Assembly (NCBI GenBank): GCA_965267325.1
Contig: OZ253943.1
Span: 2,322,627 to 2,386,626 of the forward strand
Source of the DNA: Hyphococcus sp.
GTDB taxonomy: Bacteria; Pseudomonadota; Alphaproteobacteria; Caulobacterales; Parvularculaceae
DNA length: 64,000 nucleotides
Direction of reading: 5' to 3'
In this document: positions 26,166 through 35,767 of the stretch, piece by piece
Layout: every line of letters begins with the position of its first letter
How positions within the stretch are numbered: position 1 is the first letter of the stretch
Translations under genes and position numbers: made by a program
Notes under the pieces: model-generated
What the model was told of the DNA's origin: nothing
What the model saw: the letters and a program-made list of their open reading frames with translations, nothing else
The model's database searches: none

Positions 26166-28562
26166 ATGTCTAAAGCAGCGATGCTCGGTTTTGCGAGCAG
26201 CCTCATTGTATTGAACGCCGCTGCAGCGGCGCAAAACGCGCCGATCCTGCAGCCCGGGGCGCCCGGCGAGAAAACACAAGAGTTGAGCGCCGAGGACGCC
26301 ATCAAGGTCGCTGAGTCGAGTTATTCCCCCGACGACGTCGCCTTTATGCAGGACATGATCCCGCACCACCATCAGGCGGTTGAGATGTCGGCGCTTGTCG
26401 CCAAGCGGACAAACAACCCGGAAATCATCGACATTGCGGGGCGCATCACGACCTCGCAGGACGATGAAATTGCGTTCATGCGGGACTGGCTGACAGAACG
26501 AGGACGGCGCGCGCCCGACCCCGCCGCTCACCACGCTATGAAGACCTCGCACAAGATGGCGGGCATGGCGTCAAAAAAACAAATGCGCGAACTTGCCCGC
26601 GCAAAAGGAGTGGCGTTTGACCGGATGTTCCTTGAGCTGATGATCCGGCATCATGACGGCGCCGTTCAAATGGTTGAGCACCTCCACGCACAACCGGGCT
26701 CTGCCTACGATCCGATATTGTTTGAATTCACCAATGAAATCGTCAACGGACAGGTGGCGGAAATCGAACGCATGAACGCCATCCTCGTCGGGCTTTCAAC
26801 CGATCCGCGCGCCACGCTCTCCGCCGGATACGCCGATGCGGGCTCAGCGATCCTGAACCTTGCGCATGTGGCCGCACTGCCAAAGCCGACCGGCTTTTTT
26901 GACCCGAATAATCCCGCGGGCCTGCCGCCCAAAGCGCCTCAGGAAGAAAAGGAAATCGAAGAGCAAGAGGAAGAGGAAGCGGAAGAAGAGGAAACGCCGC
27001 GCAGTGACGAAAACGCTCGCGCGCCCCTTTTGAGCTTCGCCAATACGGATATGGCCTTTTCAGGCGATGTTCTGGTCGCCGGCTCCTATCACGGTTTCAA
27101 CGTTTACAAGCTGAAAGCGGACGCCGTCCCGGAACACATAAGTTCAATCGTCTGCCCTGGCGGTCAGGGCGACGTTTCGATTGTTGGCGACATTCTCATC
27201 ATGTCCGTTGAACAAACCCGCGGTCGGGTCGACTGCGGACTTGAAGGGGTCAGCGAGGATGTCAGCGCGGAGCGCTTCCGCGGTTTGCGCATTTTCGACG
27301 TCAGCGACTGGACGCGACCGCGCCAGGTCGGCCAGGTCCAGACTTGCCGCGGCTCGCACACCCATTCCGTCGTCTCCGGCCCCGGCGCCGACGGCAAGAT
27401 CATCGTCTATAATTCCGGCACGTCGGTCGTGCGCGATGAGAAAGAGCTTGCCGGTTGTTACGGTGAAACGCCCGGCGACAACCGCACGGCGCTCTTCCGT
27501 ATCGACGTCATCGAGATCCCTGTCGCCGACCCGTCGAAAGCGCGCATTGTCCACAGTCCCGCCGTCTTCGCCGATCCGGAAACCGGCCGTCTCGCTGGGT
27601 TGTGGCGCGGCGGCGACCATGGCGACGACACGCAGGAGACATACCGCACGGACCAGTGCCACGACATCACGGTTTTTCCGTCTGCGAAAATCGCCGCCGG
27701 CGCCTGTTCCGGCAACGGCATTTTGTTTGATATCTCCGACCCGCGCGCCCCCAAGCGCATCGACGCCGTTATCGACGAGGGCTTTGCCTATTGGCATTCG
27801 GCGACATTCAACAATGACGGGACAAAAGTTCTGTTTACGGATGAATGGGGTGGCGGTTCGCGACCGCGCTGTCGTGCTCACGATCCGGAAGACTGGGGTG
27901 CAAACGCAATCTACGACATCGTTGATGGTGAACTAAAATTCCGCAGCTATTTCAAATTGCCGGCGCCGCAGGTCGATTCTGAAAACTGTGTCGCCCATAA
28001 CGGCTCGATCGTTCCCGTACCGGGTCGCGATATATTCGTTCAGTCCTGGTATCAGGGCGGCGTTTCAGTCATCGATTTCACCGACTCCGCAAACCCGGTT
28101 GAAATCGCCTATTTCGATCGCGGCCCCGTCGATGAAAAGGAACTGGTGCTGGGCGGCTTCTGGTCGTCCTATTGGTATGACGGACGGATTTACGCTACGG
28201 AAATCGCCCGCGGCCTCGACATCTTCGAACTGACGCCGAGCGAGTTCTTAAGCGCAAACGAAATCGCCGCGGCGAAAAGCGCAGACCAGGCAAGCGTTTT
28301 CAATCCGCAGCAGCAGTTTCCGGTGACATGGCCGGCCGATCCGGTTGTCGCCCGCGCTTATCTCGATCAGCTCGCACGTGCAGATGCGATTGACGAAAAG
28401 CTTGCCCGCGATGTTGAAGCGGCTCTTGAAAGCGCAGAAGACGGCGACACCGCAGAGTTGCGGTCGGCCGCAAGCGCCTTGAAACAGGCGCAAGGCGATA
28501 TGGCGGACCATCGGGCGGCTCTTGCTGCGACAATGGAATCGATCGCGGCGCGCATGGAGTAG
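26166..28562 (+). CDS. Secreted DUF305 (ferritin-like) + LVIVD-type beta-propeller fusion
   Basis: Signal peptide; two M-x-x-HH-x-x-AV-x-M motifs; acidic linker; repeated L-x-IFDVSD/IDVI strands; CHD, HSA and C-x-AHN motifs. Confidence 0.8.
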   Translation: MSKAAMLGFASSLIVLNAAAAAQNAPILQPGAPGEKTQELSAEDAIKVAESSYSPDDVAFMQDMIPHHHQAVEMSALVAKRTNNPEIIDIAGRITTSQDDEIAFMRDWLTERGRRAPDPAAHHAMKTSHKMAGMASKKQMRELARAKGVAFDRMFLELMIRHHDGAVQMVEHLHAQPGSAYDPILFEFTNEIVNGQVAEIERMNAILVGLSTDPRATLSAGYADAGSAILNLAHVAALPKPTGFFDPNNPAGLPPKAPQEEKEIEEQEEEEAEEEETPRSDENARAPLLSFANTDMAFSGDVLVAGSYHGFNVYKLKADAVPEHISSIVCPGGQGDVSIVGDILIMSVEQTRGRVDCGLEGVSEDVSAERFRGLRIFDVSDWTRPRQVGQVQTCRGSHTHSVVSGPGADGKIIVYNSGTSVVRDEKELAGCYGETPGDNRTALFRIDVIEIPVADPSKARIVHSPAVFADPETGRLAGLWRGGDHGDDTQETYRTDQCHDITVFPSAKIAAGACSGNGILFDISDPRAPKRIDAVIDEGFAYWHSATFNNDGTKVLFTDEWGGGSRPRCRAHDPEDWGANAIYDIVDGELKFRSYFKLPAPQVDSENCVAHNGSIVPVPGRDIFVQSWYQGGVSVIDFTDSANPVEIAYFDRGPVDEKELVLGGFWSSYWYDGRIYATEIARGLDIFELTPSEFLSANEIAAAKSADQASVFNPQQQFPVTWPADPVVARAYLDQLARADAIDEKLARDVEAALESAEDGDTAELRSAASALKQAQGDMADHRAALAATMESIAARME

Positions 28563-28642
28563 CGAACCGTTTTGCAGAAACGACGCTTTTGGCATTAAAA
28601 TGCGTTTTCTCAGCGATGGCTCGCGGGGAGAACGCATAGGCC

Positions 28643-29509
28643 ATGACGAGCAAGGAGCCTCTTTCACAAACGCCGGACGGCGATGATGAACGCGCCGCGC
28701 CGGCGAAACCGCGCGCGCCCGCAAAGTCGCGGGTCTCGCGACGCCTTGCCGTCGGCCGCGTCGTTGAGCAAATGATTGGCGCTGACGGCGTCGCCGCCCT
28801 TCAGTCGCGCAATTGGACCGTCACTGGCGCCGCCCTCGTTGCCCTCGGCGTAGTGGCCGACCTTTCCCAGATTTTCGCGCCTATCGCGCTGATCGGTTTG
28901 CTGTTGTCGCTGGCTGCGGCCGCTGTATTCGCTGCAGTTGTTTTCCTACGCCTCAAGTGGCGGGACTCGTGCATCGGTCACACGCTCACCGCGGTTCTTG
29001 CTGCGGGCTTATTCAGCGTGGTCCTTCTCATTCAACAGGGCGCTGAAGCAAAGGATCAGGGCGCCATCGCTGAGACAGTGCCGGTCGTATCGGATATTCA
29101 GAAGGCGATTTACGCGCGTCTCGGCAATATTGAACAAGGACAGGCGGCCATTAGCGGCAAAATCGATCAGCTCACGGAAGAAGTGCGCCAGGCCAATGAA
29201 GAAGAGCGACTTTCAAAAGACGCCAAGTTGTGGGTCGGGACCTGGCGGCTTGAAACACCCTATCAGCCTGGCTGGGTTGTCACTTACAAAGAAGACGGCG
29301 CCTATCATTTCACCTCCCCGCAAGCGACCCTGAACGGCGTCTGGCGCGCGTCGGACGGCCTTTTTCAAAACGAGGCGCCCGGAACCGGGCTATCCGATGC
29401 CGGATCCTACCGTTTCCCCGACAAAGACACCCTCGAAGTGACCGGCAAGTTCGGCACGAGCATCTGGAAGCGCGAGGACAATCCGCCGAAATCGCACCGG
29501 GAACAGTGA
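28643..29509 (+). CDS. Membrane-anchored hypothetical protein (3 TM, coiled coil, beta-rich C-terminal domain)
   Basis: Hydrophobic segments; LGNIEQGQAAISGKIDQLTEEV coil; lipocalin-like start WVGTW. Confidence 0.75.
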   Translation: MTSKEPLSQTPDGDDERAAPAKPRAPAKSRVSRRLAVGRVVEQMIGADGVAALQSRNWTVTGAALVALGVVADLSQIFAPIALIGLLLSLAAAAVFAAVVFLRLKWRDSCIGHTLTAVLAAGLFSVVLLIQQGAEAKDQGAIAETVPVVSDIQKAIYARLGNIEQGQAAISGKIDQLTEEVRQANEEERLSKDAKLWVGTWRLETPYQPGWVVTYKEDGAYHFTSPQATLNGVWRASDGLFQNEAPGTGLSDAGSYRFPDKDTLEVTGKFGTSIWKREDNPPKSHREQ

Positions 29510-29885
29510 CGCAGCGGTTCGCCAAATACGCGAATTCGCCTCGCCGCGTACAACCCTGATCTGATTTTCTTCGATAAATCCCATATTTGGTCGATAGTTA
29601 TGATCATGTCGCGTTCTGGGCATATCATGCGGCCATGTTGAGTAAATCCGCAACGCCGGCGCTGGCGAGACGAGGCCGGACCGGCGCCGTTCGCCCTAGG
29701 TCCTTTGGGAAATACCCCTGGCGGGCTGGCCGGCGGGACGGCCCCCGCCGCCGCGACTGCATGCTTCGGCACAGACCCGTGGCCAGCGGGCCGGGTTTTG
29801 CATTAAGATCGCCTGATGGGGCTACCGCCGCTCGGCCCGCTATGACGGCGCGGGCGGTGCGAAACAGGGTAAAAGGGGTTCTTTG

Positions 29886-30830
29886 ATGGCGCGTTCACGG
29901 GAAAGAACGGTTCGGTTTGCGCGGCCCGGCCGATACGTCTTGAATATGCTGATCTTCCTGCTGCTGGTCGCGGCTGTGGTGTTTTACCTGTCGCCCTTGA
30001 GCCCGCAGCCGACAAACCTTCTCATCGACGCCTTCAGCGCCAACCCCGCCTTAAACGGCCTCATTCTTTTCGTGCTCTTTCTCGGGATTGTTTACCATTT
30101 CAATCTCACTGAGACCGTGAGCCGCGCCGTGCGCTGGATCGAGGGCTTCCGCGATGGGGTCGACCCGACGACGCGGCGCATGCGTAATCCGCCGGCGCTC
30201 ATCAGCGCGCTTTCGCAATTGCTCGCCGACACAAACTTCCGCGAACGCTTCTCGCCGGAATCAACCCGTTCGATGCTCGATTCCGTTGGTACACGGATGG
30301 ACGAAGGCCGCGAGATGGGCCGTTACATCATGAACCTTCTGGTGTTCCTGGGCCTTCTTGGCACCTTCTGGGGATTGCTCGAAACGGTGAACGCCGTCGC
30401 CGCAACCATCAGCGGTCTGGCGACGACGGGCGGCAACGCCGAGGACGCAGTTGCCCAGCTCATCGCAAACCTCAAAGAACCCTTGTCCGGCATGGGCACA
30501 GCGTTTTCGTCATCCCTCTTCGGTCTTGGCGGCAGTCTTGTTGTCGGGTTCCTCGACCTGCAGGCCGGGCAGGCGCAAAACCGTTTTTATACCGACCTTG
30601 AAGACTGGCTCGCCGGCCAGACCGAAACCATTCGCTCGAAAGCGGGCGATGGCAAATCTTACTCCGGCGCCGATGTTGCCGAATTGACCGAAGCGATCGC
30701 CAGCCTTGAAACCGCGCTTGCGGCCAATACCGAAACCCAGATCAAGGCGAGCGCCGGTCAGACCGCGGAACTGAAAGACGAAATCCGCGCGCTGAACCGC
30801 ACTCTTATTCGCGTCGGCGGCGGGGAGTAG
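29886..30830 (+). CDS. MotA/TolQ/ExbB-like proton-channel protein (non-flagellar alphaproteobacterial type)
   Basis: LLVFLGLLGTFWGLL and L-x-GMGTAFSSSLFGL-x-G channel helices. Confidence 0.85.
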   Translation: MARSRERTVRFARPGRYVLNMLIFLLLVAAVVFYLSPLSPQPTNLLIDAFSANPALNGLILFVLFLGIVYHFNLTETVSRAVRWIEGFRDGVDPTTRRMRNPPALISALSQLLADTNFRERFSPESTRSMLDSVGTRMDEGREMGRYIMNLLVFLGLLGTFWGLLETVNAVAATISGLATTGGNAEDAVAQLIANLKEPLSGMGTAFSSSLFGLGGSLVVGFLDLQAGQAQNRFYTDLEDWLAGQTETIRSKAGDGKSYSGADVAELTEAIASLETALAANTETQIKASAGQTAELKDEIRALNRTLIRVGGGE

Positions 30831-30836
30831 CGGGCT

Positions 30837-31904
30837 ATGGCGCGCCGGCGCACAAAGTCCGAGGCCAATATCTGGCCGGGCTTCGTCGACGGATTGTCGA
30901 CGTTGCTTCTGGTTTTGATGTTCGTCCTGTCGATATTTGTCGTGGCGCAGTTCTATCTCGGCGACCGGCTCAATACGGTGAAGCAGGAACTTGCGGACAA
31001 GGACTCTGAACTCGCTCGCCTCATCGCCCAGATCAATTCGCTCAATGATCAGCTCGGCCTCGCTCAGAGCGAGAATGAAGCGCTCAACGCGCAGATCCTG
31101 TCCCTTGAAACGACGATCGATGAAAAGGACGACGAGCTCGCCGCACTGACCGCAGCCCTTGCAACGAGCCAGGCCGCCGTCGCCGCATCAGCTGAAGAAC
31201 TTGAAGCAGAAAAGGCGCTTTCAGAAGAACAGAAAAGCGAAATCGCCACGCTTAATGCACAGATCGCCGCCCTGCGCCGACAACTTGCTTCGCTGCAGGA
31301 AGCCCTCGATGCGGCCGAAGCAAAGGACCGCGAACAACAGGCCCAGATCGAAAACCTGTCGCAACGCCTCAACGCCGCACTTGCCCGCAAGGTGCAGGAG
31401 TTGCAGGAAGTGCGCTCGCGCTTTTTCGAAGAGGCGCGCGCCGCGCTCGCCGATCTTCCGGGCGTCAGCGTTCAGGGCGACCGCCTGATCGTCAGCGGCG
31501 ACGCCTTGTTTGGCTCGTGCCAGGCGTCCTTGTCGCCGGCGGCAAGCCAGAGCCTCAATGGCGTCGCGTCGGCCATTCTTGAAATCGATCGACGCATCAA
31601 GGCGCAAGTTGCCGGCCGCGAAGACGACGATGAAACCCAGGCCATCCAGAACTGGATCATCCGCGTCGACGGCCATGCGGATGCGACACCGCTCGGCCCC
31701 GGTTGCGCCGCGCGGTTCATTGACAATAAGGGCTTGTCCTCTGCGCGCGCCTTGTCCGTGACGCGCTACCTTGAAAGCCGGGGCGTGCCGTCGAACCGTC
31801 TCGTTGCCAGCGGACTTGGCGCAGACTTCCCGCTGGTTTCCGGCTTCTCCGCCGCGGCTCTCGCTCAGAACCGGCGCATTGAATTTAAACTGACGGAGCG
31901 TTGA
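30837..31904 (+). CDS. MotB-like protein: plug/TM with conserved Asp, long coiled coil, OmpA-like peptidoglycan-binding domain
   Basis: IWPGFVD-x-LSTLLLV; heptad-rich middle; RVDGHAD, LSSARA-x-SV, GLG and NRRIEFKL motifs. Confidence 0.88.
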   Translation: MARRRTKSEANIWPGFVDGLSTLLLVLMFVLSIFVVAQFYLGDRLNTVKQELADKDSELARLIAQINSLNDQLGLAQSENEALNAQILSLETTIDEKDDELAALTAALATSQAAVAASAEELEAEKALSEEQKSEIATLNAQIAALRRQLASLQEALDAAEAKDREQQAQIENLSQRLNAALARKVQELQEVRSRFFEEARAALADLPGVSVQGDRLIVSGDALFGSCQASLSPAASQSLNGVASAILEIDRRIKAQVAGREDDDETQAIQNWIIRVDGHADATPLGPGCAARFIDNKGLSSARALSVTRYLESRGVPSNRLVASGLGADFPLVSGFSAAALAQNRRIEFKLTER

Positions 31905-32674
31905 TCGTGAAACGTTCTTTGATCGCTTTTGCCGTTCTAGCAATTGTCGCCTCGTCCTCTGTGGTGTTGGCCCAGCGCAGCGAGATCGAACCGCCGCTTG
32001 AGCGCGTGCAGCGTTTCATCGAGGAAAGAAAACAAACCCGACCGCGTATCGCGCCGCCGCCGATCGGCCAGCCGCCGACGCGCATCGATAGCGCGGAGGT
32101 CGACTGGGATGCGGCGCGCGCGCTTGTTGTCGAAACCGAACGGCGCAGGCTCGCAAATCTCTCCAACGTTGCGGCGACGCGTGCGCCCGTGTTTCAACCC
32201 GCCGTCGGCGTGCGCGCAGCAGCGGCTGAAACCCTGAAACAGGCGCGGGCGGCGGAAATCGCCGCGGTTTCCATCCCGGTGCTAATTCCCGATCAACAGC
32301 GGGTTCGCGATACGGTGCAGATATTCGGACAGGCCGACGCTTATACGGCGATCGCCGAAGTCGCCGATGGCGTCGACATGCGCATCTCCGGCTCGCGCAA
32401 GCGCCTCGTGCTTGATCGTCCGCCGGCGCGACAGGAAGCCTTGCGAAAAATGCGTTCGGCGCGCCCGCCTCTTCCCGGCGTAAACGCGCCCTATGTGATC
32501 ACGCGCAGCGAATCCTCCACCGATCTTTCTTTTTCGCGGTTCAATGTAGGCTATGTCTTAAGCGTCATCTGCGACGATCCCGATAACGACGCTCGCTGCG
32601 CGGAAGACGAATTCATTGCTGCGCTCGCCTCATCCCTTGCCCTTCTCAATGATCGTGGGGAGACCGGACAATGA
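31901..32674 (+). CDS. Secreted hypothetical protein with a Cys-paired C-terminal domain
   Basis: Signal peptide; overlaps both neighbours; C-terminal FSRFNVGYVLSVICDDPDNDARC. Confidence 0.8.
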   Translation: MIVKRSLIAFAVLAIVASSSVVLAQRSEIEPPLERVQRFIEERKQTRPRIAPPPIGQPPTRIDSAEVDWDAARALVVETERRRLANLSNVAATRAPVFQPAVGVRAAAAETLKQARAAEIAAVSIPVLIPDQQRVRDTVQIFGQADAYTAIAEVADGVDMRISGSRKRLVLDRPPARQEALRKMRSARPPLPGVNAPYVITRSESSTDLSFSRFNVGYVLSVICDDPDNDARCAEDEFIAALASSLALLNDRGETGQ

Positions 32675-33582
32675 GTGCGCGCCACAATGAACAACGCGGC
32701 AATGTCGCCGGGAAGATGCTTCTCGCCCTGATCATTCTTGCTGCATTCTGGGCCCTCATTTATTGGGAAATGAACATCCGTCACGACAGCGGCGACGTGG
32801 AGGATCCGATCACAGACGAGGAGCCGGTGGAAGACCCGCCGGTGGAAGATCCGGTCGATGATATTCCGCCTGAAGAGGACGACGAACCGGAAGCGCCGGA
32901 CGAGGCGCCGGCGGATCTAACGGACGAAACCGGCGCTGTCTTTTCTTATTTGCCGGTCGGCGATCTGTTGCCCGAAAGCGGCCCGGGCTTTGCCGACGAC
33001 ACTGTCTACCGGGATATTCTGTTCCCTACTGCCGATCGGGCCTATCTCAATTCCCAGGTTTATCGTTATGGCGGCTTTTACGGTTCGCTCAACGGCATGG
33101 AAGGCGGTCAATGCGACGCGCCAAATTATGAATATCCCTGGCAGGATACTTTCTGTGAAAAGCGTTCGCGCGATCAGGATCTATGCCCCGGCGGCGGTCA
33201 TGAAGGCCTCGATATTCGGCCTGCGAGCTGCACGAAAAACGCCCATGTGGCGGTTGCAGCGGAAGACGCGCGCGTCGTTGATCTTCGACGCCACTGGGTG
33301 ACGCTGCAAACCGATGACGGCACGCTTTACAACTACCTTCATCTCAATATGGGCGCGTTAAGTGTCGGCCTTGGCGATTATGTGAGCAAAGGCGATCCGA
33401 TCGGCGTAATCTCCAACGACTTTTTTAAGTCGGATGGAACCTCTGTGCCGACGACCATTCATCTGCATTTTGAAATGTATGAAAACTACGTCACCGGCGA
33501 CGATGACGAGCCGCTGTTCACGAAAGTGAATCCCTATTTGACGCTGGTCGCCGCTTATGATCGCAAATTGCGTGGCGAATAA
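32671..33582 (+). CDS. Membrane-anchored M23 metallopeptidase with an acidic linker
   Basis: N-terminal TM; VEDP-rich linker; H-x-x-x-D (GHEGLD), YNYLHL and H-x-H (IHLHFE) zinc motifs. Confidence 0.88.
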   Translation: MSARHNEQRGNVAGKMLLALIILAAFWALIYWEMNIRHDSGDVEDPITDEEPVEDPPVEDPVDDIPPEEDDEPEAPDEAPADLTDETGAVFSYLPVGDLLPESGPGFADDTVYRDILFPTADRAYLNSQVYRYGGFYGSLNGMEGGQCDAPNYEYPWQDTFCEKRSRDQDLCPGGGHEGLDIRPASCTKNAHVAVAAEDARVVDLRRHWVTLQTDDGTLYNYLHLNMGALSVGLGDYVSKGDPIGVISNDFFKSDGTSVPTTIHLHFEMYENYVTGDDDEPLFTKVNPYLTLVAAYDRKLRGE

Positions 33583-33587
33583 GCGCC

Positions 33588-34007
33588 TCAACCGCCGAAT
33601 ACAACCTCGTGCATGATGCGTCCGGGCAGGAACGCAAAGGCGCCGGCGATGACAAGGCCGCCGACGAATATGCCGATGAAGGGACGGGAATGAAATTTCA
33701 GCCCCGGCCCGCCGCGGAGCAACAGATAGCTTCCCTGAAACACGCCCCAGAATGTCAGTACCGTGAAGAGATGGATCCACGAAAACCATTGCGTGATCGG
33801 AAGCCCGGGCACAAGCGACGGGCGGATGAATATGCTAGACGTTGCGATTGTCGCCATGATCAGCACCCAGACAAATCCGAGGGCTTTGTGAGGCAAGGTT
33901 CCCTTTGGCGCGACCAATTGAACAACGCCCAGAACAAAGGCGGCCATCGCGCCGAATGCATGGACCTGAATGACCCAGGTCGCATCAAGTAATGGTTGCA
34001 GCGACAT
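33588..34007 (-). CDS. DUF2306-type membrane protein
   Basis: QVHA, PKGTLPHKALG, WIH-x-F and FAFLPGRIMH motifs. Confidence 0.8.
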   Translation of the reverse strand: MSLQPLLDATWVIQVHAFGAMAAFVLGVVQLVAPKGTLPHKALGFVWVLIMATIATSSIFIRPSLVPGLPITQWFSWIHLFTVLTFWGVFQGSYLLLRGGPGLKFHSRPFIGIFVGGLVIAGAFAFLPGRIMHEVVFGG

Positions 34008-34096
34008 ACCCCGCCCCCTTGTTCAAACCACGCGATCCGTTCGGTCTTGAAACCGCTGAACGAGCGTAGCTAATCTACTTTATTTTGTAAAGTGGT

Positions 34097-34816
34097 TTAT
34101 TTTCGAGAAATTGACATGGCGAGCCAGATCGCCAGCAACGCCCCGGCGAGCCCGAACCATGTCAGTGCATATTCAAAATGCTTGTTGCGAAAATCGAGGC
34201 GCGTCGTTCCGCCCTTCGGCCAGCCGGCGCCGTCAATCGCGAAGCTGTCTATGTAATAGGGCGCGGCATTGATACTGAGATCAGCCGCAAACGCTGATGG
34301 CTTGCGCACAAACCATAGTCCGTCCTCAGACTTTTCTTCCGACCGAAACCAAGAAGCCGGCGGCGCAGGGCGTTCGGGATATCGAAACAACCCCGTAATT
34401 GTCATTTCGGCGAAACTTTCTTCATCGCATGGACAGACCCAATCGCGCTGTTGATGCGACAGAAAACCGAGATTGACGAATACAGCCGGGTCTGTTTTTT
34501 GGGTTGCCGCCCGAAAGACATAACGGCCGGGGTCACCCTCTAACGTGCCGAAAACATCAGCGCCTGCCGTCGGCGCAAGAGCGCCGGTTACATAAACGGG
34601 CGAATATTCGACATCTTCACCAGCCGCCGCCCGCGCCACCGCATCCGAAAAGGGAATCGGATCGGCGGCAATTCGCGCCTCAACCTTTTCGATGAGGTCG
34701 CGCTTCCATTCGAGCCGCTGCAGCTGCCAGTTTCCAAGCGACAAGAGGATTACAAGCGCAACGCCAGCGCATATCGTCAGTACGGGACGGAAATGAAATT
34801 TTCGCCCTGCAATCAC
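34097..34816 (-). CDS. SURF1/Shy1 cytochrome oxidase assembly protein
   Basis: LG-x-WQLQRLEWK, VN-x-GF and F-x-NKHFEYALTWFGLA motifs; GTG start overlapping the DUF983 stop. Confidence 0.93.
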   Translation of the reverse strand: MIAGRKFHFRPVLTICAGVALVILLSLGNWQLQRLEWKRDLIEKVEARIAADPIPFSDAVARAAAGEDVEYSPVYVTGALAPTAGADVFGTLEGDPGRYVFRAATQKTDPAVFVNLGFLSHQQRDWVCPCDEESFAEMTITGLFRYPERPAPPASWFRSEEKSEDGLWFVRKPSAFAADLSINAAPYYIDSFAIDGAGWPKGGTTRLDFRNKHFEYALTWFGLAGALLAIWLAMSISRK

Positions 34817-35181
34817 TCTTCGAGCCGGCCTTCCGCCGCCTTGTTGGCATATTGCAGCGCTATCAGCGTCGCCTTGAACGGTCGCAGCAAGCAAAGCGTC
34901 AACGCTATGGTGAGGCCCGCGCTTATCGCAAATGCGAGCCATAATGGGGCATGGAACGTAAACCGCGCCATAAACGCCGCCGCTACGGCGAGGAAGCCGA
35001 CAATGAAAATCACGAAGACCGCCGGACCGTCGCCGGCGTCGGCTTTTGCATAATCGAGCCCGCAGACCTCGCATGCGGGCCGCAGCCCGAGAAATCCCTG
35101 AAACAACGGTCCGTCGCCGCAGCGCGGGCATTTGCCGCCAAGTCCGGCGGCGTATGGAGAGACCGGAGGATAATACGCCAT
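34813..35181 (-). CDS. DUF983 family protein
   Basis: CPRCGDG-x-LF-x-GFL...CEVCG, DAGDGPAVFVI and LRPFK motifs. Confidence 0.9.
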   Translation of the reverse strand: MAYYPPVSPYAAGLGGKCPRCGDGPLFQGFLGLRPACEVCGLDYAKADAGDGPAVFVIFIVGFLAVAAAFMARFTFHAPLWLAFAISAGLTIALTLCLLRPFKATLIALQYANKAAEGRLEE

Positions 35182-35744
35182 CAGTCGGTCGCCGGCGTTA
35201 GTTCCAGAACAATTTCTTCATCATTGCCTGCGGCGCGGCCGCGGTGATAGTCGCGCGCGGCGGCGATCAGACCGTCGAGGGATTTCACTTCGCAAACGGT
35301 AAAACCGCTTTCATCCGCTTCCAGGTCGCCGCTCTCGATAAGTCCGTCGCGGGTTTTCGGAGACAGAGAGGCGCAGTCCATCATTGTAAGGAAGAACTGT
35401 TTTTTGTCGCCCCGGCCGTAATAATACATGGCGCCGTCTTCTTCGTGGGCCTGTACGGCGTATCCGCGTCGACCGATGCGGCGGAACCGCATTTTTGCAT
35501 CGTCTTCTGCATTTTCAGCATTGGCGAAATTGTAAAGCCCGGTTCCGTCGACGCTGATTACAAAGCGCTCGCAGTCGCTGTCGTCCGCCTCTGCGCTGAG
35601 CGGGCACATAACGTGTTCGCCAGCGCCGAGCGGTTTCGCCTTGCCGGTTTTTTCATCAAGCAACGGCTCTTCAGAAACCAGACAGCCGGCGAGCGCGAGC
35701 GCCGCGCCCGCTGCGATACTGAATTTGAGCGTGAGAGAGCGCAT
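35181..35744 (-). CDS. Hypothetical lipoprotein in the cox operon
   Basis: Lipobox LALAGC; stop overlaps the DUF983 start. Confidence 0.8.
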   Translation of the reverse strand: MRSLTLKFSIAAGAALALAGCLVSEEPLLDEKTGKAKPLGAGEHVMCPLSAEADDSDCERFVISVDGTGLYNFANAENAEDDAKMRFRRIGRRGYAVQAHEEDGAMYYYGRGDKKQFFLTMMDCASLSPKTRDGLIESGDLEADESGFTVCEVKSLDGLIAAARDYHRGRAAGNDEEIVLELTPATD

Positions 35745-35767
35745 GCGGCCCTCCTCGTACTACCCCG

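Noticed and set aside
29510-29885. Possible ncRNA or small ORF in the GC-rich intergenic region
   Set aside because: No SRP, 6S, tmRNA or riboswitch hallmark that I can recognise; overlapping short ORFs lack an RBS or motifs
29886-31904. Flagellar motA/motB gene symbols
   Set aside because: No flagellar context; the long coiled coil and TM layout differ from flagellar stators
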